Positions 9,788 to 19,200 of a DNA stretch of 64,000 nt are shown here, one piece after another (positions within the stretch are counted from its first letter, which is position 1; each line of letters begins with the position of its first letter). The stretch is from Alphaproteobacteria bacterium. GTDB taxonomy: Bacteria > Pseudomonadota > Alphaproteobacteria > Rhizobiales > GCA-2746425. Below the pieces are notes generated by a model that searched no databases, was not told where the DNA came from, and was given only the letters and a program-made list of their open reading frames with translations. Position numbers and translations under genes: made by a program. The stretch is taken from assembly GCA_024743215.1 (NCBI GenBank), contig JANSWZ010000006.1:223627-287626 (forward strand), written 5' to 3'.

Positions 9788-10699
9788 ATGGCAAACTTTC
9801 AAGGCATCTGGCCCGTCGCGCCAACACCATTTGAAACCGGCGGCGCAATTGATGTCGATGGCATGAAACGGGTTCTGGATTGCATGATCGATCAGCAGGT
9901 CGACGGAATTTGCATTCTCGCAAATTTCTCCGAGCAATTTCTCATCACCGATGAGGAGCGCCGGATTCTGACCCAGACATCTCTTGAACATGTGGCCGGA
10001 CGCATTCCTGTCATTGTGACCATCAGCCACTTTGCCACCGACATTGTGGTCGACCGCGCACGGGAAGCCAAGGAACTGGGTGCACAAATCGTGATGATGA
10101 TGCCCCCCTATCACGGGGCCTTGATGCGCGGCACTACCGAGCAGACCTTTGAGCAATTTGCACGGGTCGGGGAAGTCGGCATTCCCATCATGGTGCAGGA
10201 TGCACCCCTGTCAGGTGTTGATCTTCCAGTGCCTTTGCTTGTGAAAATGGCGCAAGAAATCGAGATGTTGAAACTCTTCAAGATCGAGTGCGCCCAGACA
10301 GCTGCAAAACTGCGCGCTCTGATTGCGGCAGGTGGCAGCGCTATTGAAGGGCCGTTTGACGGTGAAGAAGCCATCACCCTGATGGCAGATCTTGATGCAG
10401 GTGCCACAGGCACCATGACATCGGCCATGATTCCAGACCAGATCAAGCCGGTCCTTACAGCCCATGCGGCAGGCGACAGACAGCAGGCAATGACCCACTA
10501 CGCGCGGGTATTGCCGGCGATTAACTTTGAGAACCGCCAATGCGGATTTCGCTCCGCCAAAGCGGCCATGATGGAAGGGGGCGTGATCAAATCAGATTTT
10601 TGCCGCCATCCAATCGCACCTTTGCATCCAGACACCCGGCAGCAATTATTGGAGTTGATCCGGCCGCTGAACCCTGTGGTTTTGAATTGGGGGACCTGA
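9788..10699 (+). CDS. Dihydrodipicolinate synthase/N-acetylneuraminate lyase family protein (probable 2-keto-3-deoxy acid aldolase or dehydratase)
   Basis: N-terminal PTPF...VD..GM..V..... and GICILANFSE, PPYH, and FKIE (Schiff-base Lys context). Confidence 0.8.
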   Translation: MANFQGIWPVAPTPFETGGAIDVDGMKRVLDCMIDQQVDGICILANFSEQFLITDEERRILTQTSLEHVAGRIPVIVTISHFATDIVVDRAREAKELGAQIVMMMPPYHGALMRGTTEQTFEQFARVGEVGIPIMVQDAPLSGVDLPVPLLVKMAQEIEMLKLFKIECAQTAAKLRALIAAGGSAIEGPFDGEEAITLMADLDAGATGTMTSAMIPDQIKPVLTAHAAGDRQQAMTHYARVLPAINFENRQCGFRSAKAAMMEGGVIKSDFCRHPIAPLHPDTRQQLLELIRPLNPVVLNWGT

Positions 10700-10700
10700 T

Positions 10701-11411
10701 GTGAGCAAAGTTGCAAACCTGAAAGGCCTGATGGGAACAGAAGGGCGCGTCTCCCGAAGTCTCAGCCTTGCTGAGGATGCAGCCCAGACCCTGCGCAGCA
10801 TGATCCTTCTGGAAAAGCTGCCGCCCGGTATCAGCCTTCCAGAACGCGATTTATCCGAGGCGCTCGGGATCAGCCGCACGCCCCTGCGTGAAGCCATCCG
10901 CCTTCTGGCGGGCGAAGGGCTGATTCAGTTTACAGCGGCCCGGCGGCCATTTGTTGCCAATCCGTCTCTTGAGGAAATCAACAATTGCCTGCGTGTTCAG
11001 GGCGCGTTGGAAGCCCTTGCCGGAGAATTGGCCTGCATAAATTGCAGCGATGCCGAACTGCGCGAGATAGCAAACACCAATGCTGCAATTGCGGAAGTAA
11101 ACACAGATGATGGAGACGGCAAATTGGCCGGATTTCAGGCAGATATGCGATTCCATCAGGCCATCGTTCAAGCTGCAGGAAATCTGCCTCTGGCCGAAAC
11201 ACATGCCTCCTATAATGCACGTCTTTGGCGCGTACGTTTTCTATCCTCTCAGCGCCGCGCAGGCCGCGACAGCACGCGTAAGGAACATTCTGAAATCGTT
11301 GCAGCGCTCACCGCGCGGGATGCAAAACGAACAGCGCAGGCTCTCAAGGCCCATTTGAAAACAGCCGAAACAAATATTGCTCAGGCTCTTAGCGAGCGTG
11401 GGTCCACCTAA
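10701..11411 (+). CDS. GntR-family transcriptional regulator (FadR/FCD subfamily)
   Basis: wHTH motif (LPERDLSEALGISRTPLREAIRLLAGEGLI) plus a helical C-terminal FCD-like domain. GTG start 1 nt after the upstream stop. Confidence 0.8.
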   Translation: MSKVANLKGLMGTEGRVSRSLSLAEDAAQTLRSMILLEKLPPGISLPERDLSEALGISRTPLREAIRLLAGEGLIQFTAARRPFVANPSLEEINNCLRVQGALEALAGELACINCSDAELREIANTNAAIAEVNTDDGDGKLAGFQADMRFHQAIVQAAGNLPLAETHASYNARLWRVRFLSSQRRAGRDSTRKEHSEIVAALTARDAKRTAQALKAHLKTAETNIAQALSERGST

Positions 11412-11419
11412 CAGCGGAA

Positions 11420-12436
11420 ATGTCCATGAACCGTCCTAAAATTGCAATCATCCCTGGTGATCCCTCCGGCATCGGCCCGGAACTGATCGCAAAACTGCTG
11501 AATGAAGACGGTATTCGCGAAGCGGCCGATATCGTGCTTGTTGGTGATGCCCATTTATGGCAACGCGGGGCCGAGCAGGCTGGCCTGCCGGTGGAACTGA
11601 ACACTTTGCAAGAAGAAGACCTGCCCGATTTTGCGGGCCTTGCCCATCTTGATCTCAACACTATCAAGCCGGACGAGGTGGAAATCGCCACCGTATCCGT
11701 AGCAGGCGGAACATCCTCTTTGCGTTGCCTCGACAAGGCTATGGATCTGGCAATGGCAGGGCTGGTGGATGGCATTTTGTTCGCCCCATTGAACAAGGGT
11801 GCCATGACGTCAGCTGGATTGAATGCAGAAGACGAGCACCGCTATATGGCCCGTTATCTCGGCTTTACCGGCTATCACAGCGAAATAAATGTGCTCGATG
11901 ATATCATGACCACACGTGTTACCAGCCATATTGGCCTGAAGGAGGTTGCCGCCAATATCGATCAACCGGGCATATTGCGTGCAATTACGCTGGCATCCGA
12001 CACACTGAAACGCGCCGGGAAGATGCGTCCGGCCATCGCTGTCGCTGCCCTCAACCCACATGCTGGAGATAATGGCAAATTCGGCCGCGAAGAGATCGAC
12101 ATTCTGGAACCAGCAGTGCGCGCCTGTCAGGATAAGCAAATGAATGTCACAGGACCCTGGCCATCCGACACTGTATTCCTGAAGGCAATACGCGGCGAAG
12201 TCGACGCCGTCGTCACCATGTATCATGATCAGGGGCAGATCGCGATCAAGCTGCTGGGTTTCGAACGCGGTGTGACCGTGGCTGGAGGTCTTCCTTACCC
12301 GATTGGAACACCGGCCCATGGCACTGCCTTTGACATTGCAGGCCAGAACAAGGCGAATGTCAGCGCAACACGGCAGGCGTTCAATCTGCTTGTCCGCATG
12401 GCTCAGACACATCGGGATCAGCGCTCAGCAGCTTAG
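11420..12436 (+). CDS. PdxA-family NAD-dependent (decarboxylating) dehydrogenase
   Basis: PKIAIIPGDPSGIGPELI, NPHAGDNGKFG, MYHDQGQIAIK and GTPAHGTAFDIAG motifs. Confidence 0.85.
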   Translation: MSMNRPKIAIIPGDPSGIGPELIAKLLNEDGIREAADIVLVGDAHLWQRGAEQAGLPVELNTLQEEDLPDFAGLAHLDLNTIKPDEVEIATVSVAGGTSSLRCLDKAMDLAMAGLVDGILFAPLNKGAMTSAGLNAEDEHRYMARYLGFTGYHSEINVLDDIMTTRVTSHIGLKEVAANIDQPGILRAITLASDTLKRAGKMRPAIAVAALNPHAGDNGKFGREEIDILEPAVRACQDKQMNVTGPWPSDTVFLKAIRGEVDAVVTMYHDQGQIAIKLLGFERGVTVAGGLPYPIGTPAHGTAFDIAGQNKANVSATRQAFNLLVRMAQTHRDQRSAA

Positions 12437-12458
12437 AGCGTTTCCTGTTTGTACAGAA

Positions 12459-12479
12459 CCGCGCGGCAGGTCCGCGCGG
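12459..12479. terminator. GC hairpin (CCGCGCGG-cagg t-CCGCGCGG) between convergent genes
   Basis: 8-bp self-complementary arms with a 5-nt loop in the 62-nt convergent spacer. There is no strong U-tract. Confidence 0.4.
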
Positions 12480-12498
12480 CCGCTCTGATGAAGTCGAC

Positions 12499-12951
12499 TT
12501 AATTGGCAGGTTGAACAGCAGCGTCTGTCAGCTTGCCCAAAGCACCGGCCATCATGGCCAATGACTTCAGATCGGCAGGAACCTGGTAGGTCGCGGCAAT
12601 GAGCTGAGGATCATGATACGCCACCATCGTATTGCCTGCAGCATCTTCAAAAATGACAACGCGGATCGGCAAGTCGAGACCAGCCATCGGGTCGGCCTGC
12701 ATGATGGGCGTCCCGATCCTTGGATTGCCAAAGACAAGCATCTGATTGGGCTTCAGTTCAGCATCAATACTGGCAGCCCCTGCTGCATGGTCAACGCGTG
12801 CAAAAACCGTCGCGCCAGCTTTTTCAACCGCGGCTACCAGCCGGTCCATGGTGTCAGCAACTGAATGTGGACTGCTTTTCGTAACAAGCTCTGCCGCATG
12901 GGCAGAAAAGGAAGCGACTGTCATCGCCAGAACCAGAAATAAAGTCTTCAT
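12499..12951 (-). CDS. DUF302 domain protein, secreted
   Basis: Start set at MKTLFLVLAMTVASFSAHA (signal peptide). The ...VFARVDHAAGA...LVFGNPRIGTPIMQ...LDLPIRVVIFED pattern is typical of DUF302. Confidence 0.75.
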   Translation of the reverse strand: MKTLFLVLAMTVASFSAHAAELVTKSSPHSVADTMDRLVAAVEKAGATVFARVDHAAGAASIDAELKPNQMLVFGNPRIGTPIMQADPMAGLDLPIRVVIFEDAAGNTMVAYHDPQLIAATYQVPADLKSLAMMAGALGKLTDAAVQPAN

Positions 12952-13090
12952 GGGTATCTCCGTAAGGTACAAATGGAAGCCAGACGTCGAACAGCAACTC
13001 GCATAAGCGTGTTCACACTGAGACGACGCAGCTATCACAGTCATATTTCAACGGGAAATGTGGGTTCATAGTGTCAAAAAGGGAAGAATC

Positions 13091-14479
13091 TCAGGCCGCG
13101 ATCTCAGCTTCCGCATTCAAACGCTGGAAACCGGTCTTCAGTGCTGCCACGCAAGTTGCGTCAAATGCACAGCCAATATCCTTCTCCAGAATCTCGAACA
13201 CTTTTGCAATCGGCATGGCGCTCCGGTAAGGCCGCTCAGCGGACAGGGCATCAAACACATCTGCAACAGTCAGAATACGCACTTCCAGGCACAGTTCATC
13301 GCCTGCTAATCCGCAGGGATAACCCTTGCCATCCAGCCGTTCATGATGGGCACCGGCAATCGGAGCAATATCGCTGAACACGGAAATTCGTTCCAGAATT
13401 TTCTGGCTGAGACCCGGATGGCTCTTGACCGCCACCCACTCGTCCGCGTCCAATCTGTCCGGCTTGTCGAGAATCTGATTGCTGACTGCCAGCTTTCCAA
13501 GATCATGCAGCATCGCGGCCCGCCGCAACCAGCGACGATGATCATCAGCCAGGTTCAACTCCTCGGCAATAATATCGGTATACAGCGTCACCCGGTTGCT
13601 GTGATCAGCCGTGAATGAGCTTTTAGCGTCTACAACATCGGAGAATGCTTCAGCAATTTCGTCCAGATAATCTTCATCAACCGGCTGCGAATGCCCGGCT
13701 GGAATCAAGTTGAACAAATGTTCTTCCAGATGCTCTCCAGCAAGAATATCCCAGAACCGGTTGTTTTTCTGAGCTTCCAGGAACGCATCCACCAAGCGCG
13801 GATCAAACCACTTTCCGGAGCGGGATTTTACTTCCTTGATCGCCGCTTCCTTATTCTGTTCTGTAGCAAACACGTCAATAACCTGCGCCATCAACGCAAT
13901 ATTGGATATGGTTGGAATGTCCTTGCCCTTGCGTGCTTCCGGCAGGCCGGAGCCATCCCAATGTTCATCAAGTGATCGAATGCCATCTTGCACCCGTTTT
14001 GAAAATCGCATTCTGGCAGCAATATCCGCGCCACGTTCACAACGGGTTTCAATCAATTCCTTTGCCAATTCACCACCATTCTGGATGACATTGACCAAAG
14101 CGCGAATACGCTCGCTCAAACCGGATTCCAAACCTGTTTTGGCAAACACGAAGCGCAGAGCAGAACTCATGCTGCCATCAACCGTTTTGAAATCTCGTTT
14201 GAAATGGATGTCGTCGGTCAAATAAAGGCTGCAAACACGGGCAGCATTGCTGCTACAGCCCAGATCTTTCAGCAAAAGCGCATAGAACAGATCAGCCGTT
14301 TCATCGTCATCAAGACCAAGTTGCAGACCAATTGAAGAGCCAATCCAACAACACCGCATGCAGTGCCCCTCTGGCTGACCTTCAGTCAGATCAAGCGCGT
14401 AGGAGAGTGTCCCAAGCAACTCTGCCAGATTAATCGTCTCAATCTCGTGTTTCTTGTAACTTGATTTCACGGCGCCCAC
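13091..14479 (-). CDS. Tandem HD-GYP domain protein (degenerate N-terminal domain plus canonical C-terminal c-di-GMP phosphodiesterase domain)
   Basis: The C-terminal half has HDLGK ... HHERLDGKGYPCGL. The N-terminal half has the same spacing but KDLGC and EHWDGSGLP instead. Confidence 0.8.
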   Translation of the reverse strand: MGAVKSSYKKHEIETINLAELLGTLSYALDLTEGQPEGHCMRCCWIGSSIGLQLGLDDDETADLFYALLLKDLGCSSNAARVCSLYLTDDIHFKRDFKTVDGSMSSALRFVFAKTGLESGLSERIRALVNVIQNGGELAKELIETRCERGADIAARMRFSKRVQDGIRSLDEHWDGSGLPEARKGKDIPTISNIALMAQVIDVFATEQNKEAAIKEVKSRSGKWFDPRLVDAFLEAQKNNRFWDILAGEHLEEHLFNLIPAGHSQPVDEDYLDEIAEAFSDVVDAKSSFTADHSNRVTLYTDIIAEELNLADDHRRWLRRAAMLHDLGKLAVSNQILDKPDRLDADEWVAVKSHPGLSQKILERISVFSDIAPIAGAHHERLDGKGYPCGLAGDELCLEVRILTVADVFDALSAERPYRSAMPIAKVFEILEKDIGCAFDATCVAALKTGFQRLNAEAEIAA

Positions 14480-14594
14480 CCATTTTCCCTCGAGTCAAAT
14501 TAAATCCGAAGTTTTAACAAGTGCTTGTCTCGAGGCATGAAACGCTTAGTCCCGTGACCGTAGCGACATCAAGTCGCAGAGTGCGACAGCGCCG

Positions 14595-16124
14595 CTAGAG
14601 TGCGCCGCTGTGGTGCTCCGGCACATCACCAATTTCTGCCATCTTGGCATCCAGTTGCCGCATCATGTTCTGCACAACATCAAAATAGGCCTGATCCTCA
14701 ACCACGTTGAAAAGCTCAAGAGGGTCTTTCTGGCAATCAAACAATTCCCACTCCCGGTCTTCACCACCATGATTGGTGCCGGGCAAATCAAAGCCCTCAT
14801 TATACCAGTAAATCAATTTGTAGCGCTGATCGCGAATGCCGTAATGCGAATAGGCATTATGATCCGGATCACGGTGCATCCAATAGCGGTGATAGGCCAA
14901 TTGCGACCAGTCTTCAGGCGTGTTGCCACCGAACAAATTCCTCAGGCTCTTGCCTTGCATATAGGAGGGTACGGTCAGCCCGGCATAATCCAGAAAGCTG
15001 GGGGCGAAATCCACATTGCACGCCATGTCGTCGCACACTGTGCCAGCGGCAATCTCTTTGGGATAGCGCACCAGAAACGGCATCTGAAAAGACTCTTCAT
15101 ACATGAAGCGCTTGTCGAACCAGCCATGTTCTCCCAGAAAGAATCCCTGATCGGACGTATAGATGACAATCGTATCCTCGGTCAGACCTTCCCGATCCAG
15201 ATAATCCAGCATCCGACCGACATTTTCATCAATAGAGGCGATCGTGCGCAGATAACGTTTCAGATAGCGCTGATACTTGAAATGCGCCAATTCAGCCTGC
15301 GTCTCAAAGGTGAAGACCTCCCCGGTGGCCCGGTCAATCAAGCGCAGATCTGAAGGGTCCTCAGGATGCGGTATCTTGCGTTCGATATCGCCATCCTTGA
15401 CCCGAACACCGACTTCCGATCCACCTTCCGGCTGCACAAGACCCAAATCCCTGTACTTCATATCATTCCGAATGCGCATTTTTGCTTCGCTCGCGGCCTT
15501 GGCGCGATTGCAATAATCATCATCAAACGTATCTGGAACCGCAATATCATCCTGATAAAGAGCGGCATGTTTTGGATGATGCTCCCATTCCCTGTGAGGT
15601 GCCTTGTGGTGACACATTAAAAAGAAGGGTTTTTCCCGGTCACGCTCGTCCAGCCAGTTCAGACACTTGTCTGTAATGACGTCTGTGACGTAGCCCGGCG
15701 CTTCAATATCTTCGCCCATCTCGATCATATAGGGATCGAAATACTCGCCTTGGCCCGGCAGAACGGACCAGAAATCAAACCCGGTTGGCTCATGCGCCTT
15801 GCCCTCACCCAAATGCCATTTGCCGACCATTGCTGTTTGATAGCCACCTGTTTTCAGATGCTTGGCCACATTCGGCAGACGGTTGTCGATATGGGTTTCC
15901 AGCGTTGAAACGCAATTGACGTGATTATAGGTGCCCGTGAGAATTGCCGCTCGGCTGGGCGTGCAAATTGAATTGGTCACATAACAATGGTTGAGACGCA
16001 TGCCCTCATTGGCAATGCGGTCAAGATGCGGCGTCTGATTGATCCCGGCACCATAGCAACCAATGGCCTTGGACGCGTGATCATCAGCCATGATGAACAG
16101 AATATTGGGTTGTTTCGCCGTCAC
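14595..16124 (-). CDS. Sulfatase (formylglycine-dependent type I), no signal peptide
   Basis: PNILFIMADDH at residues 6-16, the C-T-P-S-R formylglycine motif (SICTPSRAAILTG), and GKWHLG. Confidence 0.9.
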   Translation of the reverse strand: MTAKQPNILFIMADDHASKAIGCYGAGINQTPHLDRIANEGMRLNHCYVTNSICTPSRAAILTGTYNHVNCVSTLETHIDNRLPNVAKHLKTGGYQTAMVGKWHLGEGKAHEPTGFDFWSVLPGQGEYFDPYMIEMGEDIEAPGYVTDVITDKCLNWLDERDREKPFFLMCHHKAPHREWEHHPKHAALYQDDIAVPDTFDDDYCNRAKAASEAKMRIRNDMKYRDLGLVQPEGGSEVGVRVKDGDIERKIPHPEDPSDLRLIDRATGEVFTFETQAELAHFKYQRYLKRYLRTIASIDENVGRMLDYLDREGLTEDTIVIYTSDQGFFLGEHGWFDKRFMYEESFQMPFLVRYPKEIAAGTVCDDMACNVDFAPSFLDYAGLTVPSYMQGKSLRNLFGGNTPEDWSQLAYHRYWMHRDPDHNAYSHYGIRDQRYKLIYWYNEGFDLPGTNHGGEDREWELFDCQKDPLELFNVVEDQAYFDVVQNMMRQLDAKMAEIGDVPEHHSGAL

Positions 16125-16199
16125 AGTTTTCCCCTCAACAATCTCAAATAATGCATACCGTTCCGGCAGTACCGGGTTTTCCCAAGGCTTGCATATGAT

Positions 16200-17300
16200 T
16201 CAATGTTTCTGAATTCTGGGCAACGCCTTACCCGTATCCGGATTGAACGCATGCAAGCGCGCCGGCGCAATTCGAATTCCGATTTGATGACCGCGCTCAG
16301 GGTGGTCTACTCCGCCAACACGAACCAGCATGTCTTCGCCAGCAACAGAAAGGTTCAAAAGTGCATCAGCGCCCAGCAATTCGGCCAGACGAATATCGGC
16401 ATCAAAGCACCACGGATCACCTGTTTTGCTGTCCCGCGCCACCACTTCAATGTCTTCAGGGCGGATGCCAAGCGTCACAGATGTAAGATCGGCCGTATCA
16501 AAACCATTCAAATCCGAGATGGCAAAGGAGGAGTCCTTGCTCTTCCAGCCATAATCACCAGCCGGTTCGATATTGATAAAATTCATCGCAGGGCTACCAA
16601 TGAAGCCGGCTACAAATATTGTTGCCGGATCATCATAGACTTCGCGCGGCGTTCCAACCTGCGCCACAACACCGGAATCCATGATCACGATCCGGTCTGC
16701 CAGCGTCATGGCTTCAACCTGATCATGGGTCACATAGATGGATGTCACACCCAGCCTTTCATGCAATTGCTGCAACTCCATGCGCATACGCACCCGCAGC
16801 TTTGCATCCAGATTGGACAACGGCTCATCAAACAAAAACACCTCCGGCGTGCGCACAATGGCGCGGCCAATGGCAACACGCTGGCGCTGACCACCGGACA
16901 AAGCAGCTGGCTTGCGTTCCAGAAAATCGGTCAGGCCCAACATGTCAGCGACACCGCCAACGCGGCGCTGAATTTCATCTGCTGGCACACGCTGCAGCTT
17001 CAGGGCCATCGCCATATTGTCAAAGACGGACTTATGCGGATACAGCGCATAATTCTGAAACACCATGGCAACGCCCCGATCCTTCGGATCAACCGCATTC
17101 ATGACCTTGCCACCAATTTCCAGTGTGCCTTTGGAGATGCTTTCCAGCCCGGCAATCATCCGCAAGGTGGTGGATTTACCGCAGCCTGACGGGCCAAGCA
17201 GCACCAGGAATTCACCGTCATTGATGGTCAGATCAAACTCATGGACGGCGGTCACCGAACCATAATTCTTGCCGATCTGTTGAAGCGAAACAATTGCCAT
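16200..17300 (-). CDS. Sugar ABC transporter ATP-binding protein (MalK/UgpC type)
   Basis: Walker A GPSGCGKST, LSGGQRQR, Walker B LFDEPLSNLD, and a C-terminal TOBE-like domain. Confidence 0.9.
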   Translation of the reverse strand: MAIVSLQQIGKNYGSVTAVHEFDLTINDGEFLVLLGPSGCGKSTTLRMIAGLESISKGTLEIGGKVMNAVDPKDRGVAMVFQNYALYPHKSVFDNMAMALKLQRVPADEIQRRVGGVADMLGLTDFLERKPAALSGGQRQRVAIGRAIVRTPEVFLFDEPLSNLDAKLRVRMRMELQQLHERLGVTSIYVTHDQVEAMTLADRIVIMDSGVVAQVGTPREVYDDPATIFVAGFIGSPAMNFINIEPAGDYGWKSKDSSFAISDLNGFDTADLTSVTLGIRPEDIEVVARDSKTGDPWCFDADIRLAELLGADALLNLSVAGEDMLVRVGGVDHPERGHQIGIRIAPARLHAFNPDTGKALPRIQKH

Positions 17301-17321
17301 GATTGAACGAAGTCCTGAGCG

Positions 17322-18146
17322 TTATTTACCGGCACCGGCGGTCAAACCACCGACGATCTGTTTTTGAAAAATAGCCGTGATGATCAGGATCGGTATGATC
17401 GCAATGACCGTGGCCGTTGAAATGGTTTCCCATGGGAACGCGTATTCGCCGGGATAGAGCGAAATACCAACCGGCGCCGTGCGCATGGCGTTCTGGGTCA
17501 TCAGAACCAGCGCCAGTGGGAACTCGTTCCAGGAGAAAATGAAGACAATCAGACCGGTCGCCACAAAACCGGGCCAGGACAGCGGCAGAACAATGGTGAG
17601 AAAAATCCGCAGAAAACCCATGCCATCCATGCGGGCTGCTTCTTCAATTTCCACTGGCAGCGTCGCAAAATAACTGGCCAGCATCCAGACCGTAAACGGC
17701 AGAAACAGACCGGCATGCGCCAGAATAAGCCCGGTATAGGTGTTCAGCAATCCAAGTTGCAGGAAATTCTGAAACAGAGACGGAAGCAGCGACACCGGCG
17801 GGAACATGGACACAGCCAGAATGCCAACCATCAGGAAGCCCGCAAATTTCAGATTCAACCGCGACAGCGCATACCCGGCAAGGCCACCGAAAACCAGCGT
17901 CAAGGCAGTACACCCCACACCCACAATAAAACTGTTCAGCACATAGCGCAGCAGTTCGGGCGACTGGGTGATGATTGTCCAGTAATTTTCAAAGGTGACG
18001 GGCGTCGGCCAGTATTGCGGTGGCCAGGCATAAATGCCCGCTGTGGTTTTTACCGATGTCAGAATAAGCCAGACAATCGGGAAGAACGAAATCACAACCG
18101 AGATTATCACAAGCAGATAAAGGCCATATCGGGGACGCTTGGTCAT
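17322..18146 (-). CDS. Carbohydrate ABC transporter permease (CUT1, MalG-like)
   Basis: 6-TM protein with EAA loop (EEAARMDGMGFLRIF). Confidence 0.85.
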   Translation of the reverse strand: MTKRPRYGLYLLVIISVVISFFPIVWLILTSVKTTAGIYAWPPQYWPTPVTFENYWTIITQSPELLRYVLNSFIVGVGCTALTLVFGGLAGYALSRLNLKFAGFLMVGILAVSMFPPVSLLPSLFQNFLQLGLLNTYTGLILAHAGLFLPFTVWMLASYFATLPVEIEEAARMDGMGFLRIFLTIVLPLSWPGFVATGLIVFIFSWNEFPLALVLMTQNAMRTAPVGISLYPGEYAFPWETISTATVIAIIPILIITAIFQKQIVGGLTAGAGK

Positions 18147-18149
18147 CGG

Positions 18150-19040
18150 TCAGTTCCTTGTCCGCAGGACGAAGATATAGGCAAGGCTCATGGCAAAGAT
18201 GACCAGAAACTGAACCACCACAATCGCAGCGCCGAAATTGAAATCAATGAAATCGAAAATCACCTTATAGGCATAAAGCGACAGACTTTCCGTCGCTATC
18301 ACCGGCCCGCCATCAGTCAAATTGAAGGGCAGTTCAAACGTGCGCAGCGCATCCATCGACCGGATTATCAGAGCCACAAGAATTGGCCCTTTCAGCAATG
18401 GCAATGTGATCTGCGTAAATTCCTGCCAGCGGCTCATCCCATCCATGCGCCCGGCTTCATAAAGATCCCGGGGAATGGATTGCAGACCCGCCAGAATAAT
18501 CAGCGCCATGAAGGAACTTGTTTTCCACACGGCCACAACAACCATGGAGAACATGGCAAGCCACTCATCGCCAAGAAAATTGATTGGCCGGTCAACAATG
18601 CCGGACTGCAGGGCAACCGCATTGAACAGCCCATAATCCGCATTATACATCCAGCGCCACATCAGCGTGTTGAGCGCCGTAGGCAGTGCCCATGGAAACA
18701 ACACTGCCAGACGGGCAATTCCCTTGCCACGAAAGGATTCATTCAGCAGAACGGCCAACCCGATGCCGAGCATCAGTTCCAGCGGAATGGAGATTGCTGT
18801 GAAGGTAAAGGTCACAGCCATCGAGTTCCAGAACCGCTCATCGCCCATCAGCTTTGCGTAGTGAGCGAAACCAACAAATTCATAGGGTTCAGACCCATCA
18901 ATGCTGGATTGGCCAAAACTCAGAACAACCGACTGGATAATCGGATAGATCAGAATGATCGCAATCAGCAAAACCGTTGGCGCCACGAATGACATGCCTG
19001 TCATTTGCCGTCGATGATCGAGGCTATATGCGGCGTTCAT
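18150..19040 (-). CDS. Carbohydrate ABC transporter permease (CUT1, MalF-like)
   Basis: EAA loop (YEAGRMDGMSRWQEF). Polytopic. Confidence 0.85.
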   Translation of the reverse strand: MNAAYSLDHRRQMTGMSFVAPTVLLIAIILIYPIIQSVVLSFGQSSIDGSEPYEFVGFAHYAKLMGDERFWNSMAVTFTFTAISIPLELMLGIGLAVLLNESFRGKGIARLAVLFPWALPTALNTLMWRWMYNADYGLFNAVALQSGIVDRPINFLGDEWLAMFSMVVVAVWKTSSFMALIILAGLQSIPRDLYEAGRMDGMSRWQEFTQITLPLLKGPILVALIIRSMDALRTFELPFNLTDGGPVIATESLSLYAYKVIFDFIDFNFGAAIVVVQFLVIFAMSLAYIFVLRTRN

Positions 19041-19200
19041 GAAAGGCTCCGTACGCTAAAAGATGAAAAAAGAAGTCGCCCCGGACTTGGGAAATCAGTG
19101 TCAGTGGAAGAGGTGACACCGGGAATATGGTCCGGGGCTGTTTTGGATCAGAAGACAGAACAGCAGAACCGCCCTGTCTTCCAACAGTCTATTCCGGGAT

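Noticed and set aside
16203-17189. A 328-aa plus-strand ORF antisense to the ABC ATPase. There are similar cases at 14610..15353 (sulfatase), 3754..4542 (TctA fusion), 26008..26745 (ccoP) and 34780..35484 (dctM).
   Set aside because: All are in the codon-aligned antisense phase of a strongly supported gene (I checked the phase arithmetic for each). Their composition is atypical and shows no recognisable motifs. They are shadow ORFs.
17715-18992. A 425-aa ORF on the plus strand that spans two ABC permease genes.
   Set aside because: It is codon-aligned antisense to both minus-strand genes. The triplets share phase (coordinates congruent to 0 mod 3), so stops can only arise opposite the rare sense codons TTA, CTA and TCA. 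The translation is low-complexity (Q/R/H/N-rich) with no family resemblance, while the minus-strand products are clear permeases.
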